Part shown: in pieces, positions 24,330 to 32,000 of the stretch
How the letters are laid out: the number at the start of each line of letters is the position of its first letter
Position numbering within the stretch: position 1 is the stretch's first letter
Source of the DNA: Candidatus Harpocratesius repetitus
GTDB lineage: Archaea > Asgardarchaeota > Lokiarchaeia > Sigyniarchaeales > Promethearchaeaceae
Length of the DNA stretch: 32,000 nucleotides
Assembly (NCBI GenBank): GCA_021498095.1
Contig: JAIZWK010000001.1
Span: forward strand, 2,700,001-2,732,000
Direction of reading: 5' to 3'
Translations under genes and position numbers: made by a program
The notes under the pieces: generated by a model
Seen by the model: only the letters and a program-made list of their open reading frames with translations
Told to the model about the DNA's origin: nothing
Databases searched by the model: none

Positions 24330-27300
24330 TTTTTGATTTCTAAATCAAATGGAGAAAGTTTCCAGTATCCGTTTGAATTTTTAATATGTAAAAGAAGCTG
24401 GTTATGAATTGATTTAATCTTTTTTGTTTGTGGGGAATTATTTGTTGATTTAGAACATAATGTGGCTGAATCTCCAATAAAAATAATCTTAGTTCGAGCA
24501 CGACTGATTGCAACATTTAACCTACGAAAATCTGAGTTCAAGGAGCTTAATTCATGATCTGGTCTTGAATCCACAAAACTATAGATTATCACTTCTCTTT
24601 CATTTCCTTGAAATCTATCAACAGTATCCACTGTAATATCACTAAAAGATATATTTTTATTACTCATTTGAATTTCTTTAATTTGTTTATTTCTTAGATT
24701 TTTTTGAATAGTATTTACAAATTCAGATATTTTTGCATTATGCGCTCGAAATGCAGAAATTATTCCTATATTTTCTAAAATTTCATTAATTGCAATTAGC
24801 TTAATATTTGAACCATGAAGTGCAGTTAATAATTCTTTGATAATAACTTTGATTGTAGTTATTTCAGTTGTATTGTATTTTGATTCATTTCCAGCACCTA
24901 AATGATTATAGGATGAATCATATCCTTTCAATTGCTTTGTATCTAAGAAAATCATACTGTTAGATGAATTCCAAACAAATTTCCCAAGATTGGAAAGTGT
25001 AAGGAAAATATTTTGGATTTGAGTAGACTTTGGAATAAATTGAGAAAGAAAATCAAACCATGTAAAATCTCCGATATTCTTGCTGTTAATTGTACCAGGA
25101 ATTAATTTATCTTCATAAAATGTGTGTGAAATAAACTGTGAAATCGTTTTATGCATTCTATATTGTGATTGTAGTAATGTAAAATTCGAAGTATTTTGAA
25201 ATCGAGGTAGAAGTCGCTCAAAAAGTGTTTTATTTAATCCAGACTGATAATCAAAATTCAATTTTGCAAATAGTGGATTATTAACTAAATTCTCTAAATT
25301 TTTATCATCATTAATAACTTCATATTGAGTTATTGGTGGTAATTGTTGATGATCTCCTACTAATACTCCTTTTTCTCCTTTTAACAAAGGAATTATTGCT
25401 CCAGGTTCCAAAATCTGCCCGGCTTCATCTAAAATCACCATAGCAAAGAAGTATGGTTCAAGTAATAATGATCCAACCATAGTTGTGGTTGTTGCAACTA
25501 CATCTACATTTTCTAGCAACAAACGCGCTTTTAATGGATCAACAGCTAAAATTTCGTTTTGATCATATAATTTTTTCTTATATGTACATAAAATTTCTAA
25601 ATTATGACTTTTAACAATTTTAGAATTAGAACTATGAACATTGCCGATGCGGATGCATTTGATTTTTGGATAGCGCTGAATCAATTTCTCTACTAAAAGA
25701 TCAACAGCTTTATTTGTAAAAGCACAAATTAACACAGGAATTTTTGGAGGGATATAGCGTTTTCGAGTTTTAAAAAAACGATCCAATGCATTTACTCGAT
25801 TTTTAGGTGGATTTTTGTTTTGTAGGTGATTATTTTGGTACATTTTAAGAAAATAGTGGATGATTTCAGTGATTACTGTTGTTTTTCCAGTTCCTGGAGG
25901 CCCTTGAATTAGTGCTAGTCGTTGAGCTTGTAGTGCACTATTAATAGCTTGTATTTGACTTTGATTTAAGTTATTTTTAGTCTCATTTTTATCTTCTTTT
26001 TCTTTTTCAAACTCAGAAATTGATGGAATTTTTTTAATTAATTTAGGATACTCTTTAAAAAGGAGTAAATCTTTGAGAAGTTGCTCATGACTTTGTTCTG
26101 GATTAAATGATGCTCTGATAAATACATCTAATGCTTGTTTATACTGCCAAATATGATAATTTGAGAAGGAAAAATCAATTCGATATTTTTGTTTTGCAAA
26201 ATCTTTTCCAAATTTTTCTAATGTCTGTGAAGTTTGAACGATAATGATTTCTGAATTGATTTCAGTTATTATTCCACTTATACTACCTACCTTGTACTTA
26301 TTTAATGTCTGTGGGGTGATTAATATATAATCACCTGAGCGAAATCGAGTTTTTTGATTTGAATTGGCAGCTGGTTTAGAAAATTGATATTGGAATGATT
26401 GATTTATCAAATTTTTTGACCTAGATTGTGAACAATCATCAATAATTAAGGTTAATCCCCCAATTGCTACACCTTTCTCTTCTTGAATCTGGATTTCGTT
26501 AAAACTCTTTAGCATATCGCGTTTAACAGCCAAAAATTCGTGATCAATTAAAAATTGAAACCAATCAGCATAAAATCGGATAAGTTTTAGATCTTTTTTA
26601 AATGTAGACTCAGAGATGGAACTTGTTTGAAAAATTATATCATTAATAGTTTGTTCGTTAGTTGATGCGCCAGATTTTAAATTTAATTGATAAAATTTAT
26701 CTTTATATAGATTTAAGTAAATTTTACATATTTTTTTTGCACTGCATTGAGCACAAGGTGTATCTGGTTTCTTTAAAGGAGTAAGTCCGACTAAAAAACT
26801 CCATAATTTATTTCTAATTTTCAATATTCGTAAAAAATCGGGAGATTGCAGCGCTATGGCTTTATTGGATGCGATTTCTTTGTTTTTGTTCGGTGGATTT
26901 AATGAATAATGTGAAAAACGCTCATTTGGGGGATGTCGCGGATATTCAATAAGAATCTCTTCGATATTCCATTGATATAAATCTTGCAAAATTGCCCCAT
27001 AAGTTAAACCTTGATAATATGCAATCATTTGAGATGCTCTTTTACTTCTTCCCGTTTTTGTTTCTATAATAGTACATCGTTCTTGTTTTAAATCTAAAAT
27101 AAATCTATCAATCCTTCCTTGTAATCCAATCACAGGTGATTGAACAAATTTTTCACAGAATATGTCAAAACGTGAAAATTTTTTTTGATAATCTTGCAAA
27201 TGAGTTCTTATAAATTCCAATTCATTTTCTAAAAAGTTTTCATAAAATTCATTAATAATATTCTTTTCTAATTTTCCTAAAATCACAAAATACTGCCAAT

Positions 27301-27895
27301 TTTGCGAGACTGCAATTTGAAAAGCACTTAATATATCTTGTTTAGTGGGAACCCGAAAACCATTTGAAGATTTCAGCTTGGGAAAGAGAATAGCAAGATA
27401 ATCATGAATTAAATTTCCCCACATCATGTATTCATTTGCTTCACTTGCTACATTAAAATAAAGATCAAGAAAGGATTGAATTTCGCAGTATTCATAACCT
27501 CCAATCCAACTAGAATTGATATATGTAAAGTTATCTAAAATGGCATGATAAATTTCCAAATAGCGCTGTCTTGATGGAAGAATCTTAAATATTCCTTTAA
27601 TAATAACCACAGTTATCGGAAAAAACGATTTTGGCAGTTCAGCTAATATATTAGCAATATCTTTATAGACAAACGCAAAAATTTCCTTTCCATTTGCATC
27701 TACTAAAAGAACAGTGGTAAATCCTTTTTCTTTATTTATTTGCAGAATTTTCGATATAGAGCAAAAAAGAGGTTTTTCATAAGTGATTTGTATGTCTCCT
27801 TTTTTATTTACCTCTTTGTTTTCATCTTTATCTTTATATTCATTAAATGTAACAGAAATTGGTTTATATTCTTGAATAAAATGTAAATCATTCAT
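24326..27895 (-). CDS. dna2: Dna2-like nuclease-helicase (putative OB fold, Fe-S PD-(D/E)xK nuclease, SF1B helicase)
   Basis: Nuclease: YEYCEI (Cys1), WGNLIHD, GLQGRIDRF...IIETKTG, YYQGLTYG, CAQCSAKKIC (Cys2-4). Helicase: IQGPPGTGKTT, CAFTNKAVD, ILDEAGQ, VGDHQQLPP, QYRMH, TVDRFQGNERE, RRLNVAISRAR. Confidence 0.88.
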   Translation of the reverse strand: MNDLHFIQEYKPISVTFNEYKDKDENKEVNKKGDIQITYEKPLFCSISKILQINKEKGFTTVLLVDANGKEIFAFVYKDIANILAELPKSFFPITVVIIKGIFKILPSRQRYLEIYHAILDNFTYINSSWIGGYEYCEIQSFLDLYFNVASEANEYMMWGNLIHDYLAILFPKLKSSNGFRVPTKQDILSAFQIAVSQNWQYFVILGKLEKNIINEFYENFLENELEFIRTHLQDYQKKFSRFDIFCEKFVQSPVIGLQGRIDRFILDLKQERCTIIETKTGRSKRASQMIAYYQGLTYGAILQDLYQWNIEEILIEYPRHPPNERFSHYSLNPPNKNKEIASNKAIALQSPDFLRILKIRNKLWSFLVGLTPLKKPDTPCAQCSAKKICKIYLNLYKDKFYQLNLKSGASTNEQTINDIIFQTSSISESTFKKDLKLIRFYADWFQFLIDHEFLAVKRDMLKSFNEIQIQEEKGVAIGGLTLIIDDCSQSRSKNLINQSFQYQFSKPAANSNQKTRFRSGDYILITPQTLNKYKVGSISGIITEINSEIIIVQTSQTLEKFGKDFAKQKYRIDFSFSNYHIWQYKQALDVFIRASFNPEQSHEQLLKDLLLFKEYPKLIKKIPSISEFEKEKEDKNETKNNLNQSQIQAINSALQAQRLALIQGPPGTGKTTVITEIIHYFLKMYQNNHLQNKNPPKNRVNALDRFFKTRKRYIPPKIPVLICAFTNKAVDLLVEKLIQRYPKIKCIRIGNVHSSNSKIVKSHNLEILCTYKKKLYDQNEILAVDPLKARLLLENVDVVATTTTMVGSLLLEPYFFAMVILDEAGQILEPGAIIPLLKGEKGVLVGDHQQLPPITQYEVINDDKNLENLVNNPLFAKLNFDYQSGLNKTLFERLLPRFQNTSNFTLLQSQYRMHKTISQFISHTFYEDKLIPGTINSKNIGDFTWFDFLSQFIPKSTQIQNIFLTLSNLGKFVWNSSNSMIFLDTKQLKGYDSSYNHLGAGNESKYNTTEITTIKVIIKELLTALHGSNIKLIAINEILENIGIISAFRAHNAKISEFVNTIQKNLRNKQIKEIQMSNKNISFSDITVDTVDRFQGNEREVIIYSFVDSRPDHELSSLNSDFRRLNVAISRARTKIIFIGDSATLCSKSTNNSPQTKKIKSIHNQLLLHIKNSNGYWKLSPFDLEIKN

Positions 27896-27928
27896 ATTAC
27901 TTTCGTTCCTTTTGAAAATAATTTTGGA

Positions 27929-27936
27929 TATATAAA
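27929..27936 (-). promoter_or_regulatory. Archaeal TATA box for the dna2-like gene
   Basis: TTTATATA on the minus strand, 34 nt upstream of the ATG at 27895. Confidence 0.5.
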
Positions 27937-27989
27937 TAATATTTGGCTCTGTAATTATTTTTTAAATTGATAAAAGAAGAATTTTCGAT

Positions 27990-28037
27990 TTTTTGCATTT
28001 TTGCATTTTTGCATTTTTGCATTTTTGCATTTTTGCA
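27990..28037. repeat. 8-bp tandem repeat TTTTTGCA x6 in the divergent promoter region
   Basis: Perfect copies start at 27990, 27998, 28006, 28014, 28022 and 28030. Confidence 0.92.
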
Positions 28038-28137
28038 TTTTTTGTTAATTCCAAAATTCAAAATTTTCAAACTATATATTTTTATACTTATCAGTTAAAG
28101 TAATTACCAAACAAGTTAAATATATGAGAGTGATTTA

Positions 28138-29328
28138 ATGAAAAACATCTTTACAAAGGCAGAGAAATTTACTGAACCACAAAAATTCAAAAAACTTGGA
28201 TTATACCCGTATTTTGTTCAATTTAGCGCAACTATTGGGTCACGTACATCTATTCAAGGAAAAGAAACAATAATGCTGGGAAGTAACAATTATATGGGTT
28301 TGACTTCTCATCCAGAAATGCTTAAAGCTGCGAAAAATGCTATTGACCAATTTGGAACTGGATGCACCGGTTCTCGATTACTAAATGGAACACTTGATTT
28401 ACATAATGAAATGGAAGAAAAACTTTCAAAATTTTTAGAATACGATGATACTATCGCATTTTCAACAGGATTTCAAGTGAATATCGGAATTATAGGCGCA
28501 TTGACTACAAAAAAGGATTATGTTATTTCTGATGAAAAGAATCATGCTTCAATTATTGATGGATGTCGCTTATCGAAAGCAAAAACAATTGTTTATAAGC
28601 ATAATGATCCTCAAGATCTTGAAAAGAAACTTCGAGAGCTCCCGAAAGAAGCGGGAAAATTGTTAATTACAGAAGGTGTTTTTAGCATTGAGGGTGATCT
28701 AGCACCTTTAAAAGAAATAACCGAAATTGCTCATCAATATAATGCAAAAGTCATGATTGATGATGCTCATGCAACAGGTGTTCTTGGAGAACATGGAGAA
28801 GGAACACCAAATCACTTGGGTTTGAAGAAGGATGACGTAGACATTCTATCTGGTACTTTTTCTAAATCTTTTGCGTCAATAGGTGGATTTGCATCTGCCT
28901 CTGAAGAAGTAATAAACTATCTGAAACACACTGCAAGAAGTTTTCTCTTCAGTGCATCTATGCCTCCTGCATCTTGTGCCAGCGTGATAAAAGCAACAGA
29001 ATTAATTAAAAACGGCGATGATATGAGGGAAAACTTGAGAAATCTACTTAAACGTTATCGTAAAGGATTAGTTGATGCTGGATTTAACACTGTTTACAGC
29101 GAATCTGCTATTGTACCAATCATTGTAGGAGAACAAGTAAAGAATTTTCAATTATGGCGCGGGCTACTGGATAATGGGGTGTATACTAATCCTTATATGA
29201 TTCCAGCCGTGCCAATTGGTCATGAATTATTACGAAGTAGTATTATTGCTACCCATTCAAAGCGAGATATTGATGAAGCTTTAGAAATCATAGAAAATGT
29301 AGGTCGTTCATTAAAAATTATATCATAA
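28138..29328 (+). CDS. Alpha-oxoamine synthase (PLP class II aminotransferase), serine palmitoyltransferase-like
   Basis: GLYPYF, MLGSNNYMGL, GTGCTGSRLLNGT, FSTGFQVN, NHASIIDG, DDAHATG, GTFSKSFASIGG (PLP Lys) and ARSFLFSAS. Confidence 0.85.
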   Translation: MKNIFTKAEKFTEPQKFKKLGLYPYFVQFSATIGSRTSIQGKETIMLGSNNYMGLTSHPEMLKAAKNAIDQFGTGCTGSRLLNGTLDLHNEMEEKLSKFLEYDDTIAFSTGFQVNIGIIGALTTKKDYVISDEKNHASIIDGCRLSKAKTIVYKHNDPQDLEKKLRELPKEAGKLLITEGVFSIEGDLAPLKEITEIAHQYNAKVMIDDAHATGVLGEHGEGTPNHLGLKKDDVDILSGTFSKSFASIGGFASASEEVINYLKHTARSFLFSASMPPASCASVIKATELIKNGDDMRENLRNLLKRYRKGLVDAGFNTVYSESAIVPIIVGEQVKNFQLWRGLLDNGVYTNPYMIPAVPIGHELLRSSIIATHSKRDIDEALEIIENVGRSLKIIS

Positions 29329-29367
29329 TTATTGGATCGAATTTTTCTTTGTTTTTGTTTTTGTTTT

Positions 29368-29417
29368 TTTAGTTTAGTTTAGTTTAGTTTAGTTTACTTT
29401 ACTTTAGTTTACTTTAA
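29368..29417. repeat. TTTA(G/C/A) x10 pentamer array, preceded by (TTTTTG)n, in a convergent terminator region
   Basis: TTTAG x5, TTTAC x2, TTTAG, TTTAC, TTTAA. It lies between the stops at 29328 and 29423. Confidence 0.85.
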
Positions 29418-29422
29418 TTAAA

Positions 29423-29923
29423 TCAATGAGGAACACCTTTAATATGAAGAAGTAAGTGTTCTTTATCATCTCGATTATTAAATTGCAACCAACCATAATT
29501 TGCATCGATTTTTGCATCTAAATCTTGAATATAGGGCTTGATATCCAGTAAAGGAGTATTATTAAATACATCTAAACCTGAAGTATAGATTCTATTATCT
29601 TCAATTTTTTTCAATTTAACAATAGAAAGCCCTATAGGATTTGGACGATGAGGAGAACGCGATGCAAAAACTCCAACTTTCATATTATCAACCCAAGGGG
29701 GTTGAACGATATTAATATCTCCTTTTTTCTTCAATCGATCAATGTAAAAAATCACAAAAATATAACGAAATTTTTCCAAACCTTGTAGTCCCTTAATATA
29801 ATTTGTTTGAACTTCAATATAGAAAATTCCTTTATCATTTGTCACCGGTTGATATGGTGCTTTTTCGGTATAAGGTGTGTGAATAATGCCAATTGGTCGA
29901 AAAATAATATCCATTTTAATCAT
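29423..29923 (-). CDS. tsaA: TsaA/TrmO-family tRNA (m6t6A37) methyltransferase-like SAM-binding protein
   Basis: FRPIGIIHTPY, GLQGLEKFRYIFVIFY, VGVFASRSPHRPNPIGLSIV and LDVFNNTPLLDIKPY. The start is 29923 or 29914. Confidence 0.92.
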   Translation of the reverse strand: MIKMDIIFRPIGIIHTPYTEKAPYQPVTNDKGIFYIEVQTNYIKGLQGLEKFRYIFVIFYIDRLKKKGDINIVQPPWVDNMKVGVFASRSPHRPNPIGLSIVKLKKIEDNRIYTSGLDVFNNTPLLDIKPYIQDLDAKIDANYGWLQFNNRDDKEHLLLHIKGVPH

Positions 29924-29979
29924 AATATATAAGAACAAATCAATTAAAAAATCAAGTAAAATTTGAAGTTAAAAAAAGA

Positions 29980-30474
29980 TTACTTTTGTTCGGGTGATTT
30001 CCATTTATCTAAATATATTTGGTATTCATCCATTAATCTTTCAATATCAATATCCTTCTTATCTTTGACGTTTTGAAGCGCCATCAATAATATTTTTGTT
30101 TGAAGTAGTTGAAATTCTTGATTTTTTAGATCACTAGTTAATAAAAATCGATGAGTCATTTCATTACTTTTTCTTTGATCTTGCGTCGTAATATCAAGCT
30201 TATCAAGAAAATAACCGAGTAAAATTGTTCCTATTAAAGCAATAGGCACTAAAACAGCTAAAATTAGCCAAATACTAATTGAATCGTATGCATATTTTGT
30301 TGTCATTACAGCAGTAATGGAACTCATTCCTAAAGTTAAATAGGACATACCAAGCTTAAACCGTGAGAGTTGTCTGCCAATGAATGGAGCATTAATTTTT
30401 TTCTTTTTTTGATGAGATTTATCAGAATTTTTATTTTTTAATCCTTTAATTTTCAATTTCATAAGTGTAATCAA
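29980..30474 (-). CDS. Hypothetical two-TM membrane protein
   Basis: Basic N-terminus, hydrophobic LGMSYLTLGMSSITAVM and ISIWLILAVLVPIALIGTILLGYFL, and a helical charged C-terminus. Confidence 0.65.
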   Translation of the reverse strand: MITLMKLKIKGLKNKNSDKSHQKKKKINAPFIGRQLSRFKLGMSYLTLGMSSITAVMTTKYAYDSISIWLILAVLVPIALIGTILLGYFLDKLDITTQDQRKSNEMTHRFLLTSDLKNQEFQLLQTKILLMALQNVKDKKDIDIERLMDEYQIYLDKWKSPEQK

Positions 30475-30509
30475 TAATGCAATAGAATTACAATTTAAAA
30501 TTTTTAGCT

Positions 30510-31013
30510 TTACATTTGATTCTTTAAATTATTTGAAAATGGATTGTGAACAATTATATTTTCTATGAAATAAAATGCTTTATCATTTGTAATAATATTA
30601 TTAATATTATGAAGATTCATTGAATGTAAAATCGTTGAATCGCGCCCACCTATGCTTGTTTTTAAGCCATATTTATATAGAAAATTAAGCGTATTTTCTA
30701 GATCTCCCTGATTAATTATGTCAAAAGAAATTTTAAAGAAAGGAAATTTCGATTTAAGTAAATTTTTTGCAATATTGAAGCCCTTTTCTCCCACTTTTTT
30801 TATTAACAAATGAGATAATTCGATTATGATAAATTCATTAATAAAAAATTCATTATCTGGAATTTTAATCAATTTATCGAAATATATTTTAGTAATTTTA
30901 TGATTCTTGGAATTAGCAACTAAATACCACCAAAGAATATTTGTATCAACGAAATAATCTGTAATATCAATCCAACTCCTTAGAATTCCAAATTTCCTTA
31001 GGATTAATTTCAT
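30510..31013 (-). CDS. vapC: PIN-domain (VapC-like) toxin
   Basis: YFVDTNIL, INEFIIIEL, GGRDSTI and IITNDKAF carry the acidic PIN residues. It overlaps the upstream small ORF. The start is uncertain. Confidence 0.88.
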   Translation of the reverse strand: MKLILRKFGILRSWIDITDYFVDTNILWWYLVANSKNHKITKIYFDKLIKIPDNEFFINEFIIIELSHLLIKKVGEKGFNIAKNLLKSKFPFFKISFDIINQGDLENTLNFLYKYGLKTSIGGRDSTILHSMNLHNINNIITNDKAFYFIENIIVHNPFSNNLKNQM

Positions 31014-31251
31014 CAGGATCTTTTACAGTCAAAATTCCTGAAAAGGAATTAATAAACTCATCTCGAATATTAGAGTTACTGGCTTTTTCTCGATTTTTAA
31101 GAGCATCTAATATAGTTTGATAATTTTCTTTACCAATTTTAAAAATTAATGATAATAATTCTTTTTTTGTTAATTTAATCTTAGTATCGAGATAAATTCG
31201 TGCAATTAATTCATCTAGTTCATTTTGATGATCAAATTTTATTGTTGACAT
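30967..31251 (-). CDS. Putative cognate antitoxin
   Basis: 94 aa, directly upstream of and overlapping the PIN gene, with an acidic C-terminus (FSGIL...DPDEINPKEIW). Confidence 0.7.
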   Translation of the reverse strand: MSTIKFDHQNELDELIARIYLDTKIKLTKKELLSLIFKIGKENYQTILDALKNREKASNSNIRDEFINSFSGILTVKDPDEINPKEIWNSKELD

Positions 31252-31399
31252 AGCAACTAGATCACTTAGTAACCAAGTAACTTTACCCTAAAAAAGATAT
31301 ACATTATAAAGCAAATTTATCGTCTTTAAAAAAGTGTAAACTCAAAATTATCAGTTTTGTTTAATTTGATTGAGTACTTTTAATTATTGATTTAATTTG

Positions 31400-32000
31400 G
31401 TGAAAACATCTATAACAAAAGATAAAGCAGTTCATACTGTTTTTGGAATTGTCCCTTCGCGAAGGTTGGGTCAATCACTTGGTATTAGCCCAATCCCTAA
31501 AAAAACTTGCAATTATTCTTGTATTTACTGTCAACTCGGAAGAACACAGAAATTCACGAAAAACCGTAGTTTATTTTTTCCAATTACCCGTATCATCCAA
31601 GAACTGAAGGAATACTTATCTAGCATTAGTGAAGCACAATATGATATTATTACGATTGTAGGTGACGGAGAACCTACTCTTTATGAAGGATTAGGTGAAC
31701 TTATAAATCAAATTAAAAGTATCCAAAAAAAGCCAGTGGCAGTAATATCTAATGGCTCATTAATGGCAAATAAACAAGTTCGACAAGATTTATCTCTTGC
31801 AGATGTTGTTCTTCTCAATTTTGACAGTTGGGATGAAGAAAGTTTTAAAAAGATTAACCGTCCGTTAAAATTAATTAATTTTAAAAAGCGTTATGAAGGT
31901 TATTTAAAATTTAGAGAAGAATTTTCAGGAATATTATATCTTGAAGTAATGTTGGTCAAAGGAATAAATGATAAGGAAGAACAAGTCTCAAAAATTGCAA
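31400..32000 (+). CDS. Radical SAM Fe-S oxidoreductase (COG0731-like); 3' end runs off the window
   Basis: Translated by hand from GTG at 31400: VFGIVPSRRLGQSLGISPIPKKTCNYSCIYCQLGRT (CX3CX2C), TIVGDGEPTLY and VAVISNGSL. Confidence 0.9.
   Translation, partial: MKTSITKDKAVHTVFGIVPSRRLGQSLGISPIPKKTCNYSCIYCQLGRTQKFTKNRSLFFPITRIIQELKEYLSSISEAQYDIITIVGDGEPTLYEGLGELINQIKSIQKKPVAVISNGSLMANKQVRQDLSLADVVLLNFDSWDEESFKKINRPLKLINFKKRYEGYLKFREEFSGILYLEVMLVKGINDKEEQVSKIA

Noticed and set aside
24240-29417. Repeat arrays as CRISPR
   Set aside because: The units are 5-13 bp in head-to-tail tandem with no unique spacers, and there are no cas genes. The Cas4-like fold in the 1189-aa protein is part of the Dna2 architecture.

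Overview
AT-rich (about 30% GC by eye) archaeal chromosomal window. The uL16/L10e protein and the overall gene style point to an Asgard (Lokiarchaeia-like) archaeon; this is inference. The left 7 kb is a mobile-element hotspot. It holds an IS481-like transposase and three copies of a non-coding element, each exactly 289 bp, with 4-bp target duplications and symmetric inner boxes. The rest is mostly metabolic and housekeeping: penicillin acylase, ferredoxin-AOR-ThiS, an acyl-CoA ligase alpha-like protein, L10e, a CPBP protease, two radical SAMs, DtxR, a B3/4 protein, a K+ channel-like protein, TsaA and a PIN toxin-antitoxin pair. Best leads: (1) the fixed-length 289-bp element family; (2) a co-oriented Dna2-like nuclease-helicase and Top3-like topoisomerase, bracketed by tandem repeats; (3) a serine-palmitoyltransferase-like enzyme; (4) a compact four-hairpin candidate ncRNA at 12881-12967; (5) an acyl-CoA ligase homolog lacking its phospho-His loop and a channel with a non-canonical filter. 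All alignments and counts were done by hand. Family assignments come from remembered motifs, not database searches.
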